Source: a bacterium (GTDB lineage Bacteria > Patescibacteriota > Minisyncoccia > Phycocordibacterales > Zambryskibacteraceae). From it: 64,000 nt of DNA. The translations under genes and the position numbers were made by a program. Position 1 is the first letter of the stretch. The number at the start of each line of letters is the position of its first letter. Positions 39,196-47,536 of the stretch are shown one piece after another. The DNA lies in the NCBI GenBank assembly GCA_030649135.1, contig JAUSGI010000008.1, positions 64,001 to 128,000 of the forward strand. Reading direction: 5' to 3'. Below the pieces are notes generated by a model. The model was given only the letters and a program-made list of their open reading frames with translations, was not told the origin of the DNA and searched no databases.

Positions 39196-40905
39196 ATGGT
39201 GGCGAAAAAGCCTCATGACATCATTCCGACATTGGGAGAGAGCATTAGAATCATCCCGCTCGGCGGGGTGGAAGAAATCGGCAGAAACATGACCGTCATA
39301 GAATACGGCGAAGATATCATAGTCATTGATGCTGGCATTAAGTTTACCGACTATGAGACGCCAGGGGTCGACTATATCCTGCCTAATATTAAATATCTCG
39401 AGGAACGCAAGGACCACATCCGCGCCTTGGTGATTACTCACGGGCACCTCGACCACATCGGCTCCATCCCCTACGTCATTGACCGCCTTGGTAATCCGCC
39501 AATCTATACCCGTGAGTTTGGGGCCCTATTGATTCAGAAGAGGCAGGTGGAATTTCCCCACCTGGCGCCGCTTGATATCAGGATTGTCGAAGCCAACGAC
39601 ACTTCCATCCCGTTAACCGCCAATCTCAAGGTGCGCTTTTTCGGTGTTACCCACTCTATTCCGGATTCCACCGGTGTCATCATCGAGACCCCTTACGGCG
39701 ACATCGTCAATACCGGAGACGTGCGTATAGAGAACGAAAATGGCGTACCGGACCAGAGGGAAATAGAGCATTACAAAATGTTCAAGGACCGCAATATTCT
39801 GCTCTTTTGTATGGACTCGACAAACATCGAACAACCGGGCTTCTCGCTATCGGAAACTTTTATTTTGAAAAACATAGACGGGATTGTGGCCGCCGCGCCC
39901 GGCCGGATTATCTTAGCCACCTTTGCTACCCAAGTGGAGAGGGTGATTGAGTTTATCAAGATGGCCCAGCACTATTCGAGAAAAGTGATTATTGAAGGCC
40001 GCAGTATGAAAACAAATGTCGAGATTATCAAACATCTTAATCTCGTCGAAACCAGCCATATCATTCCGATTGAAGATACTACGAAGTATCCTCCCAACAA
40101 GATTATGATTATCACCACCGGCGCCCAAGGCGAAGAATTCTCCGCTCTGATGCGCATGTCCAACAAGACCCACAAATTTGTCCGTCTGGAACGTTCCGAC
40201 ACCATTGTGCTCTCTTCTTCCGCTATTCCCGGTAATGAACGCGCTATTTCCAAGCTGAAAGATAATCTCTATCGTCATGATTCAAAAATTATCACTTATC
40301 TTGATTCGGACGTGCACACCTCGGGCCACGGTAGGCGCGGTGAATTGGAGTGGTTACACAAGCAAATGCCGTACAAATATTTTATGCCGGTGCATGGCAA
40401 CCACTACAGACTAAAGATGCACGCCGAACTAGCCGCGAGACTCGGCTGTCCGCGCGAAAACATTATCGTGCCGGACAACGGCAGTATTCTCGAAATTCAA
40501 GACAAAGGCGCTAAGTTTGTTAAATTACGGGAGAAAGCGCCCTCGGAAGATATGGTGGTTGAGGGTCTTTCTATCGGAGATATTTCTGACGTAGTAATCC
40601 GAGACAGAAAAATGTTGGCGGAAGACGGTATTTTCGTAGTTATAGCCCTGGTGAACACGCGCACGGGCTATCTCAAAAAATCACCGGACATTATCGCCAG
40701 AGGTTTCGTCTACCTGCGGGAATCGCAGGAATTGCTTTCCGAAGCGCGGGGCATCATTAAGCGCTCCATCGAAGGCACCACCGTGGGTATGAATCCGATT
40801 AATTTTGATTACGCCAAGAACGCAGTCACCGAGGATGTCTCCCGGTTTCTCTTCCAACGCACAGCCAAAAAACCGATAGTTATTCCGGTCATCTTAGGAG
40901 TATGA
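39196..40905 (+). CDS. rnj: Ribonuclease J
   Basis: Metallo-beta-lactamase HxHxDH (VITHGHLDHIGS), beta-CASP and C-terminal domains. Start placed at MVAKKPH (the ORF track starts at 39133). Confidence 0.9.
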   Translation: MVAKKPHDIIPTLGESIRIIPLGGVEEIGRNMTVIEYGEDIIVIDAGIKFTDYETPGVDYILPNIKYLEERKDHIRALVITHGHLDHIGSIPYVIDRLGNPPIYTREFGALLIQKRQVEFPHLAPLDIRIVEANDTSIPLTANLKVRFFGVTHSIPDSTGVIIETPYGDIVNTGDVRIENENGVPDQREIEHYKMFKDRNILLFCMDSTNIEQPGFSLSETFILKNIDGIVAAAPGRIILATFATQVERVIEFIKMAQHYSRKVIIEGRSMKTNVEIIKHLNLVETSHIIPIEDTTKYPPNKIMIITTGAQGEEFSALMRMSNKTHKFVRLERSDTIVLSSSAIPGNERAISKLKDNLYRHDSKIITYLDSDVHTSGHGRRGELEWLHKQMPYKYFMPVHGNHYRLKMHAELAARLGCPRENIIVPDNGSILEIQDKGAKFVKLREKAPSEDMVVEGLSIGDISDVVIRDRKMLAEDGIFVVIALVNTRTGYLKKSPDIIARGFVYLRESQELLSEARGIIKRSIEGTTVGMNPINFDYAKNAVTEDVSRFLFQRTAKKPIVIPVILGV

Positions 40906-42053
40906 TGCGATTCATACCGGTTTTCGCGGCCAGCCTCTTTCTCTCCGTACACTTTGGCAGTACCCTTTACTTCCATTCTTCTTTCTTAAACGATTACTTC
41001 AAACCTAATGTCGTCAGTTTTCTCTTTCTCCTTGGAGCCCTCGGTAATATTTTTCTTTTTTTATTTGCTCCTAAGTTGATTCAACGATTCGGCAAGCGTC
41101 CTCTGCTCTTTTTTTCCCTCGTCCTAACCGCCGCCAGTACGTTTATTTTCGCTTTAACTATCACCCGACCAGTGATTATTTTTGCTTTTATCGTCTACAG
41201 TAGTTTCCTGCCCATGGTTTATTACTGCCTTGATGTTTTCCTGGAAGAACTATCGACAAATGCCAAGACGGGGGAAATCCGGGGTATTTATCTTACTGTA
41301 TTTAATGCCGGCATAGTCGTGGGACCGCTTATTCTGGCGATCTTGGCGCAAGAGGGCCCGCCTACTAAATTTCTGTATTTAGTGGCGGGTCTGTTGTTAA
41401 TACCGCCGGCGATACTAGCGCTTTTTTCTTTCAAATCTCAACAGCCTAAAGCGCACAGCCCCTACCACCATTCCCTGCGATTGCCATTCGGCGATTGGTG
41501 GCATTCCAAAAACATTCAACGCGTTACTTTAGCCAGACTAACACTCGAATTGTTCTTCGCCTTTATGGTTATCTATGTTCCAATTTATCTCCATACTGGG
41601 CTTGGTTTCGCGTGGTCAGAACTTGGTATTATTTTCACCGTTATGCTTCTGCCTTTTGTGCTGTTCGAGTGGCCAGCAGGCGAACTTGCCGACCGTCTCC
41701 TGGGGGAAAAAGAGATTATGAGTGCCGGTTTTTTCATTACTGGCATATCTCTGCTCATCATGCCTTTTATAGGGAAAGTATTTTGGGCATGGATGGCTAT
41801 CCTTTTTATCTCAAGAGTTGGAGCGAGTCTAATCGAGGCGATGACCGAAAGTTATTTCTTTAAACATATCAACGCGCGTGATACCGGTCTGATAAGCATT
41901 TTTCGCTTAACCCGTGCGTCCGGTTTCGTTTTGGGCGCCATAGTCGCCACTCTGACTTTAAATTTTTTCTCGTTCGATAAAATTTTTTTTGCTCTGGCGG
42001 TGATAGTCTTCTTCGGTCTCAAACAAAGTTTGTCTCTCAGAGATACGCGGTAG
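40902..42053 (+). CDS. MFS transporter
   Basis: About 12 TM segments. 383 aa. Confidence 0.8.
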   Translation: MMRFIPVFAASLFLSVHFGSTLYFHSSFLNDYFKPNVVSFLFLLGALGNIFLFLFAPKLIQRFGKRPLLFFSLVLTAASTFIFALTITRPVIIFAFIVYSSFLPMVYYCLDVFLEELSTNAKTGEIRGIYLTVFNAGIVVGPLILAILAQEGPPTKFLYLVAGLLLIPPAILALFSFKSQQPKAHSPYHHSLRLPFGDWWHSKNIQRVTLARLTLELFFAFMVIYVPIYLHTGLGFAWSELGIIFTVMLLPFVLFEWPAGELADRLLGEKEIMSAGFFITGISLLIMPFIGKVFWAWMAILFISRVGASLIEAMTESYFFKHINARDTGLISIFRLTRASGFVLGAIVATLTLNFFSFDKIFFALAVIVFFGLKQSLSLRDTR

Positions 42054-42061
42054 AAAAATTT

Positions 42062-42097
42062 ATAAAAAAATAGGACCCGCCAAGTAGGCCGGGTCCT
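42062..42097 (-). terminator. Intrinsic terminator GGACCCGGCCTACTTGGCGGGTCC + UAUUUUUUUAUA (minus sense)
   Basis: 8 bp GC stem followed by a U-run on the minus strand. Downstream of cassette gene 1. Confidence 0.65.
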
Positions 42098-42133
42098 GTG
42101 GCAGTTTGGGGAGGTCTGCCAACCTTTACTTCT

Positions 42134-42322
42134 CTACTCGGCGGGTCGGAACTTACGACGAGGCCGACTTTGTTTCAGGTCTTCGTCACACCCTACCATC
42201 TCCCTTTCTATCACATCCTGGTCAGAGAGGTCTTCATCCTCCGACCCATGCATCAGTCCAAAACCCTTAAGGAGTCGAATTTCCTTACTCGAAGGATCTA
42301 CGCCTGTCTTTCTCTTTTTCAT
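42134..42322 (-). CDS. Hypothetical small protein (62 aa), GC-rich island cassette 1
   Basis: SD AAGGAGCCCAG-ATG. TTGACAA -35-like element upstream. Confidence 0.45.
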   Translation of the reverse strand: MKKRKTGVDPSSKEIRLLKGFGLMHGSEDEDLSDQDVIEREMVGCDEDLKQSRPRRKFRPAE

Positions 42323-42446
42323 CTGGGCTCCTTATGTCCTGCTTCCCTTTCGATTATGTTCAGGGTGAAGGCTTACAGACACTAACGCTCTGTCCTTTAG
42401 AGTGGCATGAACAAGCTAGTTTGTCAATTAGTTGTAATCGTTGTAT

Positions 42447-42478
42447 AGAAAAAGGACCCTCCATGCTGGCAGGGTCCC
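42447..42478 (-). terminator. Intrinsic terminator GGGACCCUGCCAGCAUGGAGGGUCC + UUUUUCUAU (minus sense), preceded by a second hairpin at 42486-42505
   Basis: Hairpin followed by a U-run. Downstream of cassette gene 2. Stem-loop sequence related to the terminator at 43443-43479. Confidence 0.65.
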
Positions 42479-42555
42479 GTTGTGAGTTGAGGCCGTGTCC
42501 TCAACTCGTTTGTACTTAGGCGTGACATCGGCACGCATTGGGATCTGAAACTCTG

Positions 42556-42786
42556 CTAGTCCCCGATCGCCCCACTTCGTGAGAACGGGCGAGAGACGCC
42601 CGGTAACACCCGGGACGGATCCATCCCGAGGCGCTGCCTCAGCCACGCGACCCACTCCGGATAGCTCGGAGTGAGAAGCACGACGACCTCGTCGTAGGTC
42701 GGCGTGTCCCCAAGCACGTCGCACACGGCTGGCAAAAGAAGCCGGCGTGTTTCCTTGTCGAGTCTCCGACCCGATGCGTCATTCAT
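42556..42786 (-). CDS. Hypothetical small protein (76 aa), cassette 2
   Basis: SD GAGGAGAAGG before the ATG. Structured GC-rich leader. Confidence 0.45.
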   Translation of the reverse strand: MNDASGRRLDKETRRLLLPAVCDVLGDTPTYDEVVVLLTPSYPEWVAWLRQRLGMDPSRVLPGVSRPFSRSGAIGD

Positions 42787-42920
42787 TGCCTTCTCCTCAT
42801 CGCGCTTTGCGCGACTTTAAACATTTAGCAGTGCGTCCTCTTGCGAGGCCTATACGCACTGCGGTTCAGCCCCCTCTGTGCGGGGAATCGATACTTGATT
42901 ATATTTTCTTTCTCAAAGAA

Positions 42921-42977
42921 CTAACTGTTTCGCCCTTTCGGACTCATCAGCGCAGATACACATCTGCGAACAGCGGG
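42921..42977 (-). ncRNA. Candidate hammerhead ribozyme (type III topology, minimal)
   Basis: Minus strand 5'-CCCGCUGUU|CGCAGAU-GUGU-AUCUGCG-CUGAUGA-GUCC-GAAA-GGGC-GAAAC-AGUUAG-3'. Conserved CUGAUGA and GAAA cores. Helix I is a 7 bp hairpin. Helix II is GUCC/GGGC with a GAAA loop. Helix III is a 5 bp pairing of CUGU(U)/ACAG. Cleavage triplet GUU. Confidence 0.45.
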
Positions 42978-43019
42978 AAGTTTTGCTGAGATACTTCCCG
43001 AAACTCTGGGTTTGCACGG

Positions 43020-43340
43020 TTACCCCTTCTTCTTCTTGCTACCGGCACCCATGCCAGCGGCCATCCGGCGCTGCTCCTCCGCGCGCTCGCTCCGGTGGGC
43101 GAGGTAGCGCTTGTGCGCCGCCTCACGGATGGAGGCCGAGAACTCGGTCTCCTTCCGACGCCGCTCGGACAGCATGCGCCTGGCGCACGCCAGGCGTGGC
43201 CGCCAGAAATCGGAGGTCGCGAGTTGCTTGTCGAGCTCGACCGCGGCGATATCCGCCGCAACGGTCGAAGTGGCGACCTGCACCGGCAGGGTGCAGGCCA
43301 GAAACTCTATCACTCGGCCAATGGAGCGTGTCGCATTCAT
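43020..43340 (-). CDS. Hypothetical protein (106 aa, helical, basic C-terminal tail), cassette 3
   Basis: SD AGGAG. Promoter TTGACAA-17-TATCAT upstream. Confidence 0.5.
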   Translation of the reverse strand: MNATRSIGRVIEFLACTLPVQVATSTVAADIAAVELDKQLATSDFWRPRLACARRMLSERRRKETEFSASIREAAHKRYLAHRSERAEEQRRMAAGMGAGSKKKKG

Positions 43341-43402
43341 GGCGTTCTCCTTATCGTGCCTCCCCTTCGTCTATACTTAGGGTGAGGACTTTCTAGCTAC
43401 AA

Positions 43403-43430
43403 TGATAGCATAATACAACTTATTTGTCAA
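43403..43430 (-). promoter_or_regulatory. Sigma70-like promoter TTGACAA-N17-TATCAT for cassette gene 3
   Basis: Consensus -35 with 17 bp spacing. About 60 nt upstream of the ATG at 43340. Confidence 0.55.
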
Positions 43431-43442
43431 TGGCTTTAAATA

Positions 43443-43479
43443 GTTAAAAGTAAAAGGGCCCTCCGTGTAGGCAGGGCCC
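43443..43479 (-). terminator. Intrinsic terminator GGGCCCUGCCUACACGGAGGGCCC + UUUUACUUUUAAC (minus sense)
   Basis: Downstream of cassette gene 4. Homologous to the 42447-42478 terminator. Confidence 0.65.
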
Positions 43480-43498
43480 AGTCGAAACGCCACCTAGT

Positions 43499-43894
43499 CT
43501 AGTAACTGGTGGGGAAAGCAGATGTCAGCGCCTCCCCCTGGTCGCTTGCCGGGTTGGGGTTGAACCAAACCCGAGAGATGGACCCATGGCCGATGTGATA
43601 CACGCCGGCCAGAGTACATGAGCCATCCCGCTGTGCGGGGTGATGTACGAACACCCCGAAACGCAGACGGGCCAGCGCGGCCGCGATGCAGAACGGCACA
43701 TCCGCGACGGCATAGACGAAGCCATCGCCATGCTCGCGGACGTAGTCCGCGAGCCCATCCGTGGTGACGAACACCGTGGGGTCCTTCACGATCTCCACGT
43801 AAACACCGTGGAGAGTTCGCATCGCCCGCCGCTGTGTGGGCGACATGTCGTAACGCGATAACCAATAAATCCTCCCGATGTAAATTCTGTTCAT
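43499..43894 (-). CDS. Hypothetical protein (131 aa from MNRIYIGRIYW...), cassette 4
   Basis: The ORF track starts at 43969, but that ATG lies inside the promoter. The ATG at 43894 has SD GGGAGG...GGGGGAACC. Contains DGSCTLAGVYHIGHG (possible Cys/His catalytic pair). Confidence 0.5.
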   Translation of the reverse strand: MNRIYIGRIYWLSRYDMSPTQRRAMRTLHGVYVEIVKDPTVFVTTDGLADYVREHGDGFVYAVADVPFCIAAALARLRFGVFVHHPAQRDGSCTLAGVYHIGHGSISRVWFNPNPASDQGEALTSAFPTSY

Positions 43895-43959
43895 GGTTCC
43901 CCCACTCTGCCTCCCATTTCTCGGAGGGCTATAGGTAATACAACCTTGGTCTGCTCTCA

Positions 43960-43988
43960 CTAATAGCACAGCACAATTCTCTTGTCAA
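43960..43988 (-). promoter_or_regulatory. Sigma70-like promoter TTGACAA-N17-TATTAG for cassette gene 4
   Basis: Consensus -35 with 17 bp spacing. Lies at the island boundary with the AT-rich DUF2231 gene region. Confidence 0.5.
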
Positions 43989-44002
43989 CAGCGTCCATAA
44001 AT

Positions 44003-44437
44003 CTAATACACATTTAGGAGTTTGAAAATTGGAGCAAGGAACGGGTCGAAATGAGTACCGTAGACGGTGGCGCCGAAGAGTCCGCCGGCAACCACAATAA
44101 AAAATAGTCCGATAATAGCCAAGGGAATTATGATGACTGGCAAGAGCATTTTAGACCATCTAACGTAAGCCAGAGAAATAATGCCGAAGATAGTGGCAGT
44201 GATAAGAATAAAAATTTTATACATGGTTACCAGAGGACTATCCCCCGCCAAATTAGCGCTCATGTAAGCGGTGACAACCGTAGCAATAGCGCCCAGCTCA
44301 CCGACTACGAGCAAAGTTCCTTTGATAGGGAGCCAGTGCGGAGAGTCCAATAATTTTTTGAAACGCATTAGTTCAAAAACAGTATAAGTTGTCAAAAATG
44401 CTATGGGGTAGTGTATCACCAGTGGATGAATGTCCAT
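44003..44437 (-). CDS. DUF2231-family membrane protein
   Basis: MDIHPLVIHYPIAFL N-terminus typical of DUF2231. 4 TM. Confidence 0.6.
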   Translation of the reverse strand: MDIHPLVIHYPIAFLTTYTVFELMRFKKLLDSPHWLPIKGTLLVVGELGAIATVVTAYMSANLAGDSPLVTMYKIFILITATIFGIISLAYVRWSKMLLPVIIIPLAIIGLFFIVVAGGLFGATVYGTHFDPFLAPIFKLLNVY

Positions 44438-44438
44438 T

Positions 44439-46088
44439 TTATTTCTTATTTTTTATTATAGCTTTTATAAAAGCCGTGAAAAGAGGGTGGGGGGAAAGAG
44501 GTCGCGCTTTGAACTCCGGATGAAATTGCGTTGAGAGATAAAATGGGTGAGCATTTTTAGACAATTCAGCTATTTCGCAAAGTCTCCCGTCTGGAGACAT
44601 GCCGGAGAAAATCATGCCTGCCTTATTAAGTCTTTCAATATAAGCAGGATTAACTTCAAAACGATGCCTGTGTCTCTCGGAAATTTTATTTGTCGCGTAG
44701 GCCTTGTGGGCAAGAGTCTTTGGTTTAAGAACCGCCGGCCAAGCACCCAGGCGCATGGTGCCGCCAAGTTTACCGTCTTTAATTTTATCTTTCTGCTCTT
44801 CCATGACATCTATCACCGGGTATTTGGTTTCTTTATCTACTTCCGTAGTGTGTGCACCCTTGAGACCGGCCACATGCCGTGCGTACTCCACTACCGCCAG
44901 TTGCATACCGTAACAAAGCCCGAGATACGGAATCTTCTTTTCCCTCACAAACTTAATTGCGCTGATAATGCCCTCCACGCCGTTGGAACCAAAACCACCC
45001 GGCACTATCACTCCATCGTAATTTTTAAGTTCACTTACTTTGCGTTTACCCGTCTCGTATTCTTTGGCATTTATCCAGACTAGTTTAGGCTTCACGCTTT
45101 GCCAATAGGCAGAGAATTTGACAGCTTCTATAACCGACACGTAGGCATCGGAGAGCACAAAGTCTCCGGTGTCGAAATATTTACCTACTACCGCAACCCT
45201 CACTTCCCTCTTGGCGGACTTGGTTTTAGAAACAAATTTTTTCCAGGCGACTAAATCCTTTTTGCGTGGTTTGAGACCGAAGTGGCCGAGAATCCTTTGA
45301 CTTAACCCGTCCCGTTCAAAATTTATCGGCACATCATAAATACTTTCGATATCCGGCGCTGCAATGATATCCTCACTCGACACGCCCGTGGCCAGAGCGA
45401 TTTTCTCCTTCCGCTTCTGGTCAATCGACACCTCGCTTCTTGCGATAATCATGTCCGGTTGGATACCGTAGGAATTGAGTTGGCGGATAGCATTTTGGGT
45501 AAGTTTGGTTTTCATCTCGCCGAGCTTGCCCGGCACAGGAAGATAAGAGACCATCACGAACATAACGTTTCTTGGTTCTCGAATTTTCATTAGGCGGGCT
45601 GCTTCGAGAAAAATGGCATTCTGATATTCGCCGACCGTACCGCCGATTTCGAGTACGGTAATATCCGCATTAGTTTTAGAAACTGAATGATGAATACGAT
45701 TGAATATCTCTTCCGTTACGTGATAGACCGGTTCCACACACTTGCCGTTGTATCCAAGAGCGCGCTCTTTATCTATAACATGTTTAAGAATCATGCCATT
45801 GGTCAGATAATTTTCCGAAGGCATATCGGCATTGAGGAAACGTTCGTAATTGCCCATATCCTGGTCAGTCTCAAGACCGGAATCCAGCACAAAGACTTCT
45901 CCATGTTCGACCGGATTCATGGTGCCGGCATCGACATTTAAATAAGGGTCAGCCTTGATCAGACTGACCGAGAAACCTTTTGACTGGAGAATGGCGCCAA
46001 TAGAGGAGGTGGCGATACCTTTGCCGACTCCCGACATTACTCCGCCCACGACAAAGATATATTTATACCGACCTTCCTTTTTTCTCAT
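44439..46088 (-). CDS. pyrG: CTP synthase
   Basis: YIFVVGGVMSGVGKGI... Glutamine amidotransferase C-terminal domain. 549 aa. Confidence 0.95.
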   Translation of the reverse strand: MRKKEGRYKYIFVVGGVMSGVGKGIATSSIGAILQSKGFSVSLIKADPYLNVDAGTMNPVEHGEVFVLDSGLETDQDMGNYERFLNADMPSENYLTNGMILKHVIDKERALGYNGKCVEPVYHVTEEIFNRIHHSVSKTNADITVLEIGGTVGEYQNAIFLEAARLMKIREPRNVMFVMVSYLPVPGKLGEMKTKLTQNAIRQLNSYGIQPDMIIARSEVSIDQKRKEKIALATGVSSEDIIAAPDIESIYDVPINFERDGLSQRILGHFGLKPRKKDLVAWKKFVSKTKSAKREVRVAVVGKYFDTGDFVLSDAYVSVIEAVKFSAYWQSVKPKLVWINAKEYETGKRKVSELKNYDGVIVPGGFGSNGVEGIISAIKFVREKKIPYLGLCYGMQLAVVEYARHVAGLKGAHTTEVDKETKYPVIDVMEEQKDKIKDGKLGGTMRLGAWPAVLKPKTLAHKAYATNKISERHRHRFEVNPAYIERLNKAGMIFSGMSPDGRLCEIAELSKNAHPFYLSTQFHPEFKARPLSPHPLFTAFIKAIIKNKK

Positions 46089-46114
46089 TCAGATGATTCT
46101 ATCACACTCAATAT

Positions 46115-46321
46115 CTAAGACATTTTGGGGATAATAAAGATGGCCAAAATGTATGCGACAAGTCCCGGTACCACCCCGCTGAATATAACTACGAGGAGCC
46201 AAACTAGGCGTAATGGCACTGGGTCAATGCCGAAGTACTCCCCCAGTCCTCCACAGATACCGGCAAAAACCTTGTTGGTATTACTGCGATATAATTTCTT
46301 GGTTTCCATATTGGTTTCCAT
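46115..46321 (-). CDS. PspC-domain membrane protein
   Basis: LYRSNTNKVFAGICGGLGEYFGIDPVPLR is the PspC domain. The start lies within a tandem ATGGAAACCAAT/ATGGAAACCAAG repeat (46321 or 46309). Confidence 0.6.
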   Translation of the reverse strand: METNMETKKLYRSNTNKVFAGICGGLGEYFGIDPVPLRLVWLLVVIFSGVVPGLVAYILAIFIIPKMS

Positions 46322-46360
46322 ATTGGAATTATAACAGATTTCAGGTATCGTATGAACTAT

Positions 46361-46381
46361 TGCGGGATCGTCTAATGGTAG
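46361..46381 (+). pseudogene. 5' half (positions 1-21) of a tRNA-Gln(TTG)-like gene, detached
   Basis: TGCGGGATCGTCTAATGGTAG is identical to the 5' end of the intact tRNA at 57213-57286. The sequence diverges after the D-loop. Confidence 0.6.
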
Positions 46382-46408
46382 CCTGCCCGCCATCGCTGGG
46401 AGTTGAGC

Positions 46409-46479
46409 TGGGAGATCGTCTAATGGTAGGACACCTCCCTCTGAAGGAGGTTATCTTGGTTCGAGTCCAAGTCTCCCAG
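46409..46479 (+). tRNA. tRNA-Gln (anticodon CTG)
   Basis: TGGGAGATCGTCTAATGGTAGGACACCTCCCTCTGAAGGAGGTTATCTTGGTTCGAGTCCAAGTCTCCCAG. U1-A72 pair and G73 discriminator typical of tRNA-Gln. Confidence 0.8.
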
Positions 46480-46574
46480 CTCAGGCCCTAGCAGGCGGGG
46501 ACATCGCCATCCCTGCCCCGCCGTGGCGGGGTGAAAAGGCGAGCATCTTGCTTGTCCCGGCCAGCCGGGCGGGA

Positions 46575-46597
46575 GTCGAGTCCAAGTCCCGCAGCCA
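46575..46597 (+). pseudogene. 3' fragment (T-loop plus acceptor plus CCA) of a tRNA-Gln(TTG)-like gene, detached
   Basis: GTCGAGTCCAAGTCCCGCAGCCA versus GTTCGAATCCAAGTCCCGCAGCCA in the intact copy. The acceptor is complementary to the 46361 half. Confidence 0.55.
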
Positions 46598-46645
46598 GGT
46601 TTGCTATAACTAAGCGCATGAACAAATGTGCTACAATAAGAACAT

Positions 46646-47536
46646 ATGAACAAAATAATCATTGCGCTGGCTGTAATCATGATTGCTGGTTTGGGTGTTT
46701 ACTTTATAAACAAGAGTCCTACAAAGGTAGTAAATCCTCCCGAAAGCCAGAATACTACTGCTACCACTACGCCCATAGCGAAAGAAGAAAATCCAAGCGA
46801 ATCGATTATCGGTAAATCGGTCGAGAATCGCGACATCATCGCCTACCACTACGGCACCGGTGAGACGGAACTATTGTTTATTGGCGGGATACATGGCGGA
46901 TATTCGTGGAATACGGCACTGGTCGCATTTGAGTTGATGGACTATCTCAAGGCAAGCCCCAATATCATTCCCAAGAATATAAAAGTGACGGTCATTCCGG
47001 TACTGAACCCGGACGGTTTGAATAAAGTTGTCGGCACTGCTGGTCGCTTTACCCCATCGGATGTGCCGTCGCCAATATCCGCCACGGTGGCTGGTCGCTT
47101 TAACGCCAATACCGTTGACCTTAATCGTAACTTCGACTGTGACTGGAAAGCTTCAGGCACATGGCAAAGCAAAACCGTCAGCGGCGGAAGCAGGGCTTTC
47201 TCCGAACCCGAAACCCGGGCAATCAAAAGCTACGTAGAATTAAACAAACCAGACGCAGTCGTGACCTGGTATAGTGCCGCAGGGGGTGTCTATGCCTCCG
47301 AGTGCGGTAAGGGCATTTCCGCCGAAACCCGGGCTATCACAAAAGAATTTGCCGATACCTCCGGCTATCCTGCTTTTGATGATTTCGACTTCTATGAGGT
47401 AACGGGCGACATGGTCAATTGGTTTGCCAAGAATAATATCCCAGCCATCAGCGTGCTTCTCACGAACCACACAGACACCGAATGGACAAAAAATCAGAAA
47501 GGCATCCAGGCTCTCCTCAAGTATTACGTCAAATAA
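46646..47536 (+). CDS. M14-family zinc carboxypeptidase (MpaA / gamma-D-Glu-mDAP peptidase-like), paralog 1
   Basis: N-terminal TM. DLNRNFD motif and GGIHGGY. 296 aa. Confidence 0.75.
   Translation: MNKIIIALAVIMIAGLGVYFINKSPTKVVNPPESQNTTATTTPIAKEENPSESIIGKSVENRDIIAYHYGTGETELLFIGGIHGGYSWNTALVAFELMDYLKASPNIIPKNIKVTVIPVLNPDGLNKVVGTAGRFTPSDVPSPISATVAGRFNANTVDLNRNFDCDWKASGTWQSKTVSGGSRAFSEPETRAIKSYVELNKPDAVVTWYSAAGGVYASECGKGISAETRAITKEFADTSGYPAFDDFDFYEVTGDMVNWFAKNNIPAISVLLTNHTDTEWTKNQKGIQALLKYYVK

Noticed and set aside
42428-43396. Alternative-frame ORFs in the GC-rich island (42428..42724, 42947..43261, 42983..43396, 43095..43385, 43525..43865 and others)
   Set aside because: High GC keeps many frames open. 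These are Arg/Pro/Gly-rich without RBS, whereas the chosen frames have SD sequences, promoters and terminators in register.
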